Sequence record: OM319461.1
Length of the DNA stretch: 64,000 nucleotides
Reading direction: 5' to 3' (one strand)
Made by a program: the position numbers and the translations under genes. This document shows, one piece after another, positions 28,037 through 36,804 of this stretch (its first letter is position 1; the number at the start of each line of letters is the position of its first letter). A model generated the notes under the pieces. The model made no database searches. It saw only the letters and a list, made by a program, of their open reading frames with translations, and was not told the origin of the DNA.

Positions 28037-28343
28037 TGGTCTTAGGTATCCGTGGTAGGTTGTGTTCTTCGATAAGGGTTTTGAATGTACGCATGAAACC
28101 TTCCATGCCTTTTTCATTCATAACATTGAACGCATAGTTGCGTTGCTGTGGAGTTACTTGGATACCAGCCATAGCCATCTGTGAAAGCCAGAACTCTACT
28201 AGCCAATGACTAGGATTAACATCTGGCATCACAGCAGGGACAAGCTTTTCTTTCCAGTTCTGTACTAGAGCAAGAAATCGAGCAGCATTGTCCCCGTCAA
28301 TATGGGTTTGTAGCCATACTCCACATTCATCTAAAAGATGCAT
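28029..28343 (-). CDS. Hypothetical protein
   Basis: 104-aa ORF in the operon between the UvsX-like and gp149-like genes. Confidence 0.6.
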   Translation of the reverse strand: MHLLDECGVWLQTHIDGDNAARFLALVQNWKEKLVPAVMPDVNPSHWLVEFWLSQMAMAGIQVTPQQRNYAFNVMNEKGMEGFMRTFKTLIEEHNLPRIPKTNG

Positions 28344-28358
28344 GTGTCTGTACCTTTA

Positions 28359-29828
28359 TTAAGTTGAGTGTGGATCGATTTTTGGCAACCAAGCTTTCTT
28401 GATTGTTTTCTTATCGTCTTCCAACCAGTAAGGGTGGTATTCGCCTTTGCGCATTTTCAATAGGTCGTAGATTGTCAACTCGTTAAAGTCTTGATCTTTC
28501 TCTTCTTCAAGAGGAACCCACCAGTAGCGTGTAAATAGAAGAATGTCCCAATCGTAACCAAGAGCTTTGATGTCATCGTAAAGTTCTTGTGGTGTACACA
28601 TTAGGTCTTCCAAACCTTTCCATAGCTGACGCATCTGGTTCAGTTCAGCAGTCAAGCGAACTGCTGTATCTAGACGCCAGTCAGCACGAAGTTTCTGTTG
28701 GATTGTTGTACGAGAGATTTTACACTCAGGGTACAGGTCCATATGGAAAGTCGTGTTGTTACCAGAGATACCGTTCTTACCACAAGTCTCTTTGATGTAG
28801 TCGAACTCAGTTAGGCCTGGCAGCATACCGTCACGTTGAGAAACGATCATTGCACGAGTTAGACCAGATTGACCGTTCTTGTTACGAGAAGAAACTTCTG
28901 TAATCTGGATAAGGTCGTTACCTTTCTCACGGTCAACATCAGAGTAAGGGTATTTAGGTGCCTTGTCACTCGGGTTCAATAGTGGACGTGCAGAGTAGAT
29001 TTCACCAACGAAGTCATTGATGAACTGGAACTTCTCTGGAACACCTTTTTGTTTTGTACCGTTCTTAGAGAACTGGAGTGTAACAGGCTTCGGTGCATAT
29101 GGGTCCATTTGGATATGGTTACCGATGTGTGCTGTCATAGAGAAACCGATGCCGTACTTACCAGTAACAACCGGAAGCTGTGTAATCATCTGTGTCTTCA
29201 TTGCACCGTCTTTCATAAAGATGGTGTTAGCACCAGACTCACCTACTGCGTTCTTCTCAACGATGTTGTTTTGAATCGTGTTAGAAGACATTGCAGATAA
29301 TGAGTCGATAACTGTTGTACATGGAGCCGGGATTTTAATTGGGTTACCAACAGGGTCTGTATGTGGCAGAGTGATAAAGTTCTTTTTGTCTTTAATACGC
29401 TCTTTACCAAACTCTTTGATAGCGTCAAAGAATTCATCACCTTCTACTTGGCTACGTTGCCAAAGCATAAAGCGAGGACGCTCTTTGTACTGTTCGTTAA
29501 CAAAGTCAAATTCTTCCAGCCCATAGAACATACCTTTACGGTCTTCGAAGCGTTTGTAGCCCAGAGAGTTTTCTGTATCGTAAACCAAAACAGAAGAAGC
29601 TTTGATGTGACTCAATACTTTCATTGGGCCGTATAGAATCTCATCGGTTTTGTGAGTGTTACCTGGACCGGTAGTAGAGTTGATTGGATGGAAGCCACCC
29701 ATAAGAACCCAGTTGCCTTTTGGCGTTTGTACAAATTCGCCAGCCGGAATGTCACGAAGCATTCGGATTGGGTAACCTACTTTGTGTGCTTGAGCAGGTG
29801 GGATAGCTTTCAATTTTTGACCGAACAT
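28359..29828 (-). CDS. uvsX: RecA/UvsX-like recombinase (phiKZ gp152-like)
   Basis: P-loop variant GPGNTHKT, Walker B TVIDSLS and RNKNGQSG. Start MFGQK at 29828. Confidence 0.8.
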   Translation of the reverse strand: MFGQKLKAIPPAQAHKVGYPIRMLRDIPAGEFVQTPKGNWVLMGGFHPINSTTGPGNTHKTDEILYGPMKVLSHIKASSVLVYDTENSLGYKRFEDRKGMFYGLEEFDFVNEQYKERPRFMLWQRSQVEGDEFFDAIKEFGKERIKDKKNFITLPHTDPVGNPIKIPAPCTTVIDSLSAMSSNTIQNNIVEKNAVGESGANTIFMKDGAMKTQMITQLPVVTGKYGIGFSMTAHIGNHIQMDPYAPKPVTLQFSKNGTKQKGVPEKFQFINDFVGEIYSARPLLNPSDKAPKYPYSDVDREKGNDLIQITEVSSRNKNGQSGLTRAMIVSQRDGMLPGLTEFDYIKETCGKNGISGNNTTFHMDLYPECKISRTTIQQKLRADWRLDTAVRLTAELNQMRQLWKGLEDLMCTPQELYDDIKALGYDWDILLFTRYWWVPLEEEKDQDFNELTIYDLLKMRKGEYHPYWLEDDKKTIKKAWLPKIDPHST

Positions 29829-29922
29829 CTTATTGTTTCCTCTTTGTGTCAAATTTAGTAGTTCCACTAACAAATTATACAATTGTGTTTTAATTGACGA
29901 TTGATTCATCCGGAGAACCAAC

Positions 29923-30762
29923 ATGTCTTTAGAATTTATTTTAGACGATACCGAACATGCGATTAAGCAGGAGTTCCAATTTGACACAGAGAAGTTCGCT
30001 AGTTTCGACCTCTTTGTAGACAATGTAGAAGAAGCTATTACGGGGACGCTCGATTGGCTACTTAACAACCACAAGACTGCTGATATCGTTACACCTGACG
30101 TACTAGGTGTACACCATCAAAAACTAGAGTCACTGGGCTACACGGCTTTACGTGACGTAAACGTTTATTTGCCTCCTTACTGCAAAACTGATATACTTAG
30201 TTATGCAGCGGAGATCTACAAGCAACTTACAATGTTGCATGACATCGAACAACGTCTGTATGACCCAGTAGCAGAACACATGCAGTTTTCTGTTTCACTG
30301 GATGGTTATCATAACAAACCAATGACTTCTCGTGACTATCGCACAGTTGACGTTGACAAGATGAAGAAAGATCTAAAGCGTGTTAACGCCGAGGGAGATA
30401 AACCTGAGGATCTTAAGGCCGTATCGGAAGTCGAGGCATTCGGCAAAACTTTCCGAAACATGCGCGGTCTTAAAGATACCGAGCAGCTAATGGTCAAAAT
30501 CGGAGAAATGCTAAGTTCAGTAAATCTGATCGAACTCCAAAAGAAAGAAGCCGTGATCCTAAAAGATCTTAATCGTCTTCTAGACAAAATAGCGGAAGGT
30601 GAAAAGGCGGAATTATCTGCGGGCGCTAAGAAGCAGATGGCACAAACCCTAATGCAGCTTGCTGTTGAAACTGAATATCTTTCTGTCATGTTGTTTACTG
30701 CCAACACCGCGATTGAAGCGTGGAATAAAACAGTAGAAAAACTTCGTAAGTTCGACGAATAA
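29923..30762 (+). CDS. Virion head protein (phiKZ gp153-like)
   Basis: 279 aa with an acidic propeptide-like N-terminus; synteny between UvsX and RNase H. Confidence 0.6.
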   Translation: MSLEFILDDTEHAIKQEFQFDTEKFASFDLFVDNVEEAITGTLDWLLNNHKTADIVTPDVLGVHHQKLESLGYTALRDVNVYLPPYCKTDILSYAAEIYKQLTMLHDIEQRLYDPVAEHMQFSVSLDGYHNKPMTSRDYRTVDVDKMKKDLKRVNAEGDKPEDLKAVSEVEAFGKTFRNMRGLKDTEQLMVKIGEMLSSVNLIELQKKEAVILKDLNRLLDKIAEGEKAELSAGAKKQMAQTLMQLAVETEYLSVMLFTANTAIEAWNKTVEKLRKFDE

Positions 30763-30814
30763 AAAAAAAATAATAGTACCTCTCTCCCATCAGGGAGAGA
30801 GGATACTTATTTTA
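30761..30814. terminator. Bidirectional terminator
   Basis: A10, CCTCTCTCCC-atca-GGGAGAGAGG (30779-30802) and TTATTTTATT. Confidence 0.85.
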
Positions 30815-32176
30815 TTAATGTGGCAAGATGTAAAGGTTAGTTGATGGGTTGTTAAACAAACCATAACCAATCGGTGTAGTTACCAGCATATGCCAACGGA
30901 ACGTGTTCTCAGTTCTGTCAGTGATGATAAGTTCACATTTAATATCTTTGCCTTGCTTGAGTGCTTTAGCTAGTGAGTTGCGGTTAGGAATCTCATAGTC
31001 AAAAGTCATAATGATTCGAGCAGTACGTGAGTCTACTTTCCAGTTGTACTCAACTGACTTTGATTTTATGATTTCTGGTTTAACAGCAAGTTTACCTTTC
31101 GCATTCTCTTCAAAGAATAGACTAGTAACGTCGATACGTTCGTAATCACTGTCAGCTGCAAGTGACTCGATGATCTCTTTCTTGTTAGCCATTGACTCAA
31201 GACAACGACGAGCTTGACGTGGTGGATTAAGGTATTTAGTAATCGGAGTTGCTTTATCACTCAAGATAAGGTCATCACGACGACGCAAGAAAATACCAAG
31301 ACCATCAAAGGCAAGTTGCTTCCATGTTTGAGTAGATCTAAGTTTATCCCAGTAAACAATAGTAGGACGAATCAGACTATCAGAAAGAATAGACTCTTGG
31401 TGATTGACAACATCTTCGTATAGGTCTAAGGTTTCATTCGGAACAACCAAACCTTCAAAACGTTCACCGGAGTGAACGCCAAGACCGCGTGCTTTGATTG
31501 GGTCTGTATCGTCGTAACTGCAAGTCATGTATGCGCGCTTACCATCAATGGTCATGCGTTCTGCGTTCATAACTTCTAGCATGCGACGACCACACAAGAG
31601 TCCAAAAGGCTCACTGACTTTAACCTTCTTGCGCTCAGCTGCTTTCGCTTCAACTTCTTCTTGCATTGACTTGACGTCAAGTGTGCGTTCATCAAAGTCA
31701 CTAGCACGAGCAAGTGCTGTACCACGAGTAGCTCCTTGGTCAGCCATTTCATTGCCGTGTTTACCTGAGTGTCCTTTAACCCAGTCAAGACGGTATTTGA
31801 TTTTCCTGGATTGCATTTGTTGTTGCAATGCATCAATCATTACCCAAAGGTCACGGTTCTTAACTGGCTTTCCTTCTTTTGTTACCCAGTTGTTTGCTTC
31901 CCAGATATGTACATATTGAAGCGAACCTTCGATAACGTATTTTGAGTCAAGGATAAAACGAGCATCAGTTACGTCGTTTTCTAAAACCCATTTCATCGCA
32001 CGGATATATGCACGTTGTTCTGCACGGTTGTTCGTATCGCCATGAGGACATGCAGCGAAGATAAGTAATTCAGTTTCGGAATCATCGACTGAGATGTGAA
32101 CACCCCAACCACCATAGTAGCCAACTTCAGCATCAGCTGTTGCGCCACCATCGGTATGGATAGTAACAGATTTCAT
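30815..32176 (-). CDS. rnhA: Ribonuclease HI with C-terminal extension (phiKZ gp155-like)
   Basis: IHTDGG, TNNRAE, LDSKYV, KPVKNRDLW and WVKGHSGKHGNEMADQGA. Confidence 0.9.
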   Translation of the reverse strand: MKSVTIHTDGGATADAEVGYYGGWGVHISVDDSETELLIFAACPHGDTNNRAEQRAYIRAMKWVLENDVTDARFILDSKYVIEGSLQYVHIWEANNWVTKEGKPVKNRDLWVMIDALQQQMQSRKIKYRLDWVKGHSGKHGNEMADQGATRGTALARASDFDERTLDVKSMQEEVEAKAAERKKVKVSEPFGLLCGRRMLEVMNAERMTIDGKRAYMTCSYDDTDPIKARGLGVHSGERFEGLVVPNETLDLYEDVVNHQESILSDSLIRPTIVYWDKLRSTQTWKQLAFDGLGIFLRRRDDLILSDKATPITKYLNPPRQARRCLESMANKKEIIESLAADSDYERIDVTSLFFEENAKGKLAVKPEIIKSKSVEYNWKVDSRTARIIMTFDYEIPNRNSLAKALKQGKDIKCELIITDRTENTFRWHMLVTTPIGYGLFNNPSTNLYILPH

Positions 32177-32178
32177 TT

Positions 32179-32529
32179 TTATTCCCCACATTCCAGTCGC
32201 TGGATTTGGATTTCAACTTTGAGTTCTTTGATTTGTTTGATATAGTTCTCTAATGCTTCGCCATAGCCTTGCCAATCATTGCTGGCTTTATAGTCGGCTT
32301 CGCGTGGTTCTTCTAAAAGCAAGAGGCGTTCGAGAGCTGGTATCTTACAGTATTTGGTGACGATTTCTTTTTCGACAGTTATCGGTGCCGGTGTCTCTAC
32401 GTTTACAATAGGTGCTGGGATATCAACATTGATGTCACGAAGACCACCTGGTGCATCTGGGTAGTTTACGTTGATTGTACAGCCAGCTAGTAGTAATAGA
32501 GTAGCGAATAAAGTAAATAGGTTTTTCAT
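32179..32529 (-). CDS. Outer-membrane lipoprotein, putative o-spanin
   Basis: Lipobox LLLLAG-C after a K-led hydrophobic signal; Pro-rich periplasmic part with extra Cys residues. Confidence 0.7.
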   Translation of the reverse strand: MKNLFTLFATLLLLAGCTINVNYPDAPGGLRDINVDIPAPIVNVETPAPITVEKEIVTKYCKIPALERLLLLEEPREADYKASNDWQGYGEALENYIKQIKELKVEIQIQRLECGE

Positions 32530-32547
32530 GGTGGATTCCTCGTTTTA

Positions 32548-32931
32548 TTACCATGGCCACTTTTGTGGATTCGGTGTTGTAGTAACTGTTTCGGTTTTTG
32601 CTGCTTCAGCGGCAGCTAATGCTTGTTTGTATTCAGCTAAAGCATTCATGGCAGACTCTAAGTCTTTTCTTAATTGTTCGTTTTCTGCCTTGGTCTTTTC
32701 GAGTTCGACTCGATAGGTTTCTATAATGACTTTAGCTTCAGCCAACTCGTTCTTTGTTTGTACGAGTTCGGTTTGAGTTGTCTGAGTTGTTGCGGTTGGT
32801 TCATCGCCAATGTAATAAAGTGGCAATGTAACAAGAATATTTAAAAGTACAGTAATGACGATCGCAGTAGTAATAGAATAATATTTTTGTAGGTATTTTA
32901 CTACGCTTATTAAAAAGGCTAAACGTTGCAT
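32548..32931 (-). CDS. Putative i-spanin
   Basis: N-terminal TM segment (ITTAIVITVLLNILVTLPLYYI) followed by a coiled coil, directly upstream of a lipoprotein. Confidence 0.65.
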   Translation of the reverse strand: MQRLAFLISVVKYLQKYYSITTAIVITVLLNILVTLPLYYIGDEPTATTQTTQTELVQTKNELAEAKVIIETYRVELEKTKAENEQLRKDLESAMNALAEYKQALAAAEAAKTETVTTTPNPQKWPW

Positions 32932-33019
32932 GGGTTCACTCCAGAATTTTCACTATTTAATTGTGCCTGCTTGTTCAAAACGATGGAGATAAATTAGATA
33001 GAACTTTTTATCAACCCAG

Positions 33020-34315
33020 ATGGAGAATAGAGACGTGGTTTATATTATTGACGCGTTTGCTGAAATCCAGTCACTGATCAGCAACGACAATAAGGTTACG
33101 ACACCGGCGGGTGAACTGTCTCCACGCGCCAAGGCTTATACGCGTGACCTTCGAACATACAGTGACCCAGGTGTTTTTCCTGGTACTACAATCCATGTGT
33201 TTAGCTGTAAGCAAAACGAAACGGATGTAGCCGTGCCTCTAGCAGGTGTGAGTAAGGCAATGGATATTGCCCATCAAATTTCTTTGAACTATACCGGTGG
33301 CTCTACTGGTCGTACTTTCTTGGAAGATACTTTCAATGATCTTTATAGTGTAGCCGTAGGTAGTGACGTACCAGTGTCTGGTAAGACATTGATCGATCAT
33401 ATCGAAGTAAACTTTGATGTCGGTGGCAATACGTTCTTGTTGCGTCTATATATGGCAAGTGCGTATTTTGAAGCAAACTACAAAGAATACGAGATCGCAG
33501 TAGTACCGCCTATCTTCCCTGTAACTCAGCTTCAAGATACGTTCACGAACGTCGTAGCTCTACTGAATAACGTCGACCCGACTGACATTGCTGCATTGGA
33601 ATCTGACACAATCGGTAAGACGCCGGCTTCTCATCGTACGGTTTACCGTCTACGCTGGAAGGATGCTGACAATAACCAGATCAATACCTTCTGGACTATT
33701 ATCGGCTGGGGTGCAGAGTCAATGCGTACTGACGTAATCCTACAAGCGATTCGTGATTACCTGACTCTAAACTCAGGTTCGAGTATTGATACATGGCGTA
33801 ACTACCTGCCAGATATTCAAGTAGAGGATAACTTTACCTTTGTTCCACTATGGGACCAAGAAGCAGTATCGGCTGGTAATGGTATTGATGCTTACTATCG
33901 CCCTATTCTAAATATGGGTGAAGCAATCAAGATCGGTGCCGAAAACTTCCAGACTCGTAATGCCACTGAGTGGGCAGAGCAAGGCGAGATGATGACTATC
34001 TTCAAGAAGTCATTGCCAATGGTGGTTATCGGTGGTCTAGGTAACTCGAACGAAGAGCGCTTGTTCTCTACGATGTATAATGACTATACGATGTTCATGG
34101 TCAATGAACCAGTATCCGGTCATGTGAGCAATACCACGAAAACGGCAATTCAAACACTAGAGACTTTGGCTATGTTGGCTGAATCATACTCTGGTGTAAC
34201 CGTTCTGCCTGGCAATATCACACGAAACGTAATCAACAACAAGACGTTCTTGGAAACTGCTGTAGATGGCATGTTGTTCAAGATGCTTGTTAAAGCAGAC
34301 TATGTTCGTCCATAA
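33020..34315 (+). CDS. Virion structural protein (phiKZ gp157-like)
   Basis: TTPAGELSPRAKAYTRD and W..YLPDI..F..VPLWD motifs; synteny. Confidence 0.65.
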   Translation: MENRDVVYIIDAFAEIQSLISNDNKVTTPAGELSPRAKAYTRDLRTYSDPGVFPGTTIHVFSCKQNETDVAVPLAGVSKAMDIAHQISLNYTGGSTGRTFLEDTFNDLYSVAVGSDVPVSGKTLIDHIEVNFDVGGNTFLLRLYMASAYFEANYKEYEIAVVPPIFPVTQLQDTFTNVVALLNNVDPTDIAALESDTIGKTPASHRTVYRLRWKDADNNQINTFWTIIGWGAESMRTDVILQAIRDYLTLNSGSSIDTWRNYLPDIQVEDNFTFVPLWDQEAVSAGNGIDAYYRPILNMGEAIKIGAENFQTRNATEWAEQGEMMTIFKKSLPMVVIGGLGNSNEERLFSTMYNDYTMFMVNEPVSGHVSNTTKTAIQTLETLAMLAESYSGVTVLPGNITRNVINNKTFLETAVDGMLFKMLVKADYVRP

Positions 34316-34325
34316 GGAATAAACA

Positions 34326-34937
34326 ATGATCCGTCCAGAAATTAATGCGACAGGTCAGTGGGTTCTGGAGCAACCATTTACTGCTGACCCAAGTGTCGTT
34401 TACAGTTGTCAAGCAATCAATGGTTTTGAAGCATTAGAGTTAGCCGGTGTTGATGTTTTTCTTCGTTACTATTCTCCACTTGGAATCGATGAGGCCAAGT
34501 TCCGCGAGGATAAACTAAACAAGGTAGATATCGTTACACTCATGGCAGAAGGGAAGGATCCAATTCTTGTCCCTACTAGCTATATACTCCAAGCCCCTGG
34601 CGTGGATGCAGTAGAGTACAATCAATACTACTTGGCAATTCAACTGGGTATGTTGCCTGGCAATACATCTTTTGTTTCTTTGGTAGAACGCCTTAAAGAT
34701 GTAGTCAAGTCGGATATCGGTATTACTCCACTCATTCGACAAGTAGCGCATCCTGTGGCCAACACAGTAACAAATGCCGAACACGAACAGATCGAAGCAA
34801 TGCGTGCAACGTTGCGCGAAGTAACACCTTCTAGTGAGCAGAAAGTGATCGAACAGCAAAAGGTTATAGCCGCCCAAGCTGTGCGAATCAAACTGTTCCA
34901 AGAAGAGATCGTTCGTCTGCGTGACCTATTGGGTTAA
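34326..34937 (+). CDS. Conserved structural protein (phiKZ gp158-like)
   Basis: MIRPEINATGQWVLEQPF, DVFLRYYSP and VPTSYI; follows the gp157-like gene. Confidence 0.6.
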   Translation: MIRPEINATGQWVLEQPFTADPSVVYSCQAINGFEALELAGVDVFLRYYSPLGIDEAKFREDKLNKVDIVTLMAEGKDPILVPTSYILQAPGVDAVEYNQYYLAIQLGMLPGNTSFVSLVERLKDVVKSDIGITPLIRQVAHPVANTVTNAEHEQIEAMRATLREVTPSSEQKVIEQQKVIAAQAVRIKLFQEEIVRLRDLLG

Positions 34938-34985
34938 AAAAAAAATAAATAAGCTCCCCCTCCCGAAAGGGAGAGGGAGTATTAT
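34936..34985. terminator. Bidirectional terminator
   Basis: A-run and stem 34954-34979 with GAAA loop between convergent genes. Confidence 0.85.
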
Positions 34986-35284
34986 TAACCGCCTATAAAG
35001 ACATCTGAGGATCCACCAGCAACAGCAGAGCCACAGCCAACGGGATCACCAATCCTTACAGCTGGCTTACCATTAATAATTACTGTGCCACTACCACCTA
35101 CAATAACGCTACCATGAGTAGGGTATGGTTTACGCACACAGGTATGTGGTGCCATTGGGTCTCCGGCCAACATCGCAGGCTTACCATTGATTGTCACGTC
35201 CGGTGAACTGCCAGTAACCGTGGACGGTGGAAAACATCCATGGCCAGTAGTTGGAACAGTACCTGAAGAAGCTGGTTTACCCAT
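34985..35284 (-). CDS. PAAR spike-tip protein (T4 gp5.4-like)
   Basis: Repeats INGKPAMLAGD and INGKPAVRIGD; His/His/His/Cys metal-binding pattern. Confidence 0.9.
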   Translation of the reverse strand: MGKPASSGTVPTTGHGCFPPSTVTGSSPDVTINGKPAMLAGDPMAPHTCVRKPYPTHGSVIVGGSGTVIINGKPAVRIGDPVGCGSAVAGGSSDVFIGG

Positions 35285-35906
35285 CTGTACCTCCTGGGTT
35301 TGTTGAAGCGACCAAAGCGTCTCTACCGCTAGTCCAGTCGTTGGTTACAATCTGTGTGAATTCAGAACTAATCGTTTCTTCTGACTTAACGCCCATCTCA
35401 TCTCGTTCAATAACCGCAGTGGCACGGTAACGAGCAGTCGTTGTTCTTACCCCACTGTCTTGAAAAAGAATGAGGCTAAAGAAATCAGGGTCGGTAGGTT
35501 CAGGAACATCAGACCAAGAGTACACAGTAACAATTGTTTTCTGGTCGGCTTTAAGATATTGGATCTCGGCGTTGCCAAATAAAGATGCTGCATAACGTCC
35601 ACTAAAGCTAAAGTGTTCGGGACTATATGTTAGCCCCGTATTACTAAGTTCTTCTACAATCAAAGACTTTGGAGTCCAGGAAGGAGGAGGGGGACCAGCA
35701 TCACCGCCGTCGCCTCCGTCACCACCTGAACCACCACCGCCAGATGAGCCTCCACCAGCAGTGAGTGATTTTTGAACTCCGAATACAATATACTGATCTT
35801 CGATTACGGAGGTTTCAACCATTGTAAAGCCAAGCGGATCTTCTCTAACATTGACGGTGAGTTCAAAGGGATTACTGGCTGATTCAATCGGACCTGGTAA
35901 TGACAT
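35277..35906 (-). CDS. Spike-associated protein, T4 gp5.1-like
   Basis: FSGRYAASLFGNAEIQY, YSWSDVPEP and QIVTNDW, plus a Gly/Ser-PPPP linker; lies between the spike and PAAR genes. Confidence 0.5.
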   Translation of the reverse strand: MSLPGPIESASNPFELTVNVREDPLGFTMVETSVIEDQYIVFGVQKSLTAGGGSSGGGGSGGDGGDGGDAGPPPPSWTPKSLIVEELSNTGLTYSPEHFSFSGRYAASLFGNAEIQYLKADQKTIVTVYSWSDVPEPTDPDFFSLILFQDSGVRTTTARYRATAVIERDEMGVKSEETISSEFTQIVTNDWTSGRDALVASTNPGGTDG

Positions 35907-35915
35907 AATCTACTC

Positions 35916-36740
35916 CTAGTTGATCGCAACAGTAGAACCATTAATGGTAACAGATCCACCGGCTTTAAGTTCAGCAGAGTTCTTAGCATCCACACCAAAC
36001 GTTCCTGTACTAAGGTTCCATGCATCAGAATTGCTCCATGTAGTTTTCTTGGATTTGACGGTAATGTTGTCTGCATCGACATTGAAGTTCTTGCACTTCA
36101 AGTTAATGTCTTCTTTAATGATTTGGAAGATCGAGCCATCCACATTCTCAAATTTGAAATCGGTATTCGTACTATCGAAAGTCCAGCTGTTTCCTTTCTC
36201 GTCTTCGCGTACCCAGTAACCTTCTTCTAGGTTGTACTGTTCGATCCATGCAGCACGCTCTCCGTTGGCCATTGTGGTAACAAGAGTAATGTGCTTGTCA
36301 TGTGATGACCATTCCCAACGATAGGTATTGGTCTCGTCATTTTGTTTCGCATTATCTGGGTTAGCAGAGATAGCAAAGGCCCATGTTTCCAAACGACGCA
36401 ATACATCGTCCTTGCCTTCACTGACCCAATAGTAACGATCGTCGTTACCTATCTGCCAAATATCAACACGTTCCCCACGTCGCACGTCAGGTGGCAATAC
36501 ACGGTTCGTCTCACCGAACCATTTGATGTTCTTTAAAACAGCACTGCGCTTTGCACGATAGGTGACAGGACTACCCATGTCATTGATTGCTTTTACTTCG
36601 ATTGTCTCGCTGTCAGTAGTGAGTTCACCATTTAGTTCTGGCAATAAATCAATAGGCCAGGCAGAGATAAGATCGGTACCGCGAGACTTATTCGCAGCAA
36701 CGATGCCACGAGAAACTCGGCGTAAGATTGGACCGGACAT
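35916..36740 (-). CDS. Baseplate central spike (phiKZ gp164-like; OB-fold plus beta-helix)
   Basis: PPDVRRGERVDIW and DDVLRRLET, with a C-terminal beta-strand repeat; divergent from SbcC. Confidence 0.8.
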   Translation of the reverse strand: MSGPILRRVSRGIVAANKSRGTDLISAWPIDLLPELNGELTTDSETIEVKAINDMGSPVTYRAKRSAVLKNIKWFGETNRVLPPDVRRGERVDIWQIGNDDRYYWVSEGKDDVLRRLETWAFAISANPDNAKQNDETNTYRWEWSSHDKHITLVTTMANGERAAWIEQYNLEEGYWVREDEKGNSWTFDSTNTDFKFENVDGSIFQIIKEDINLKCKNFNVDADNITVKSKKTTWSNSDAWNLSTGTFGVDAKNSAELKAGGSVTINGSTVAIN

Positions 36741-36804
36741 AACGGACTCCTCATTAAAAATTTACTACACAATTTGTATAGTAACGATTATAAGGATTAG
36801 CATA

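Noticed and set aside
35690-35765. Short GC-rich repeats as a regulatory or CRISPR-like repeat
   Set aside because: They simply encode the GGGSSGGGGSGGDGGDGGD linker. No repeat-spacer array was seen anywhere in the window.
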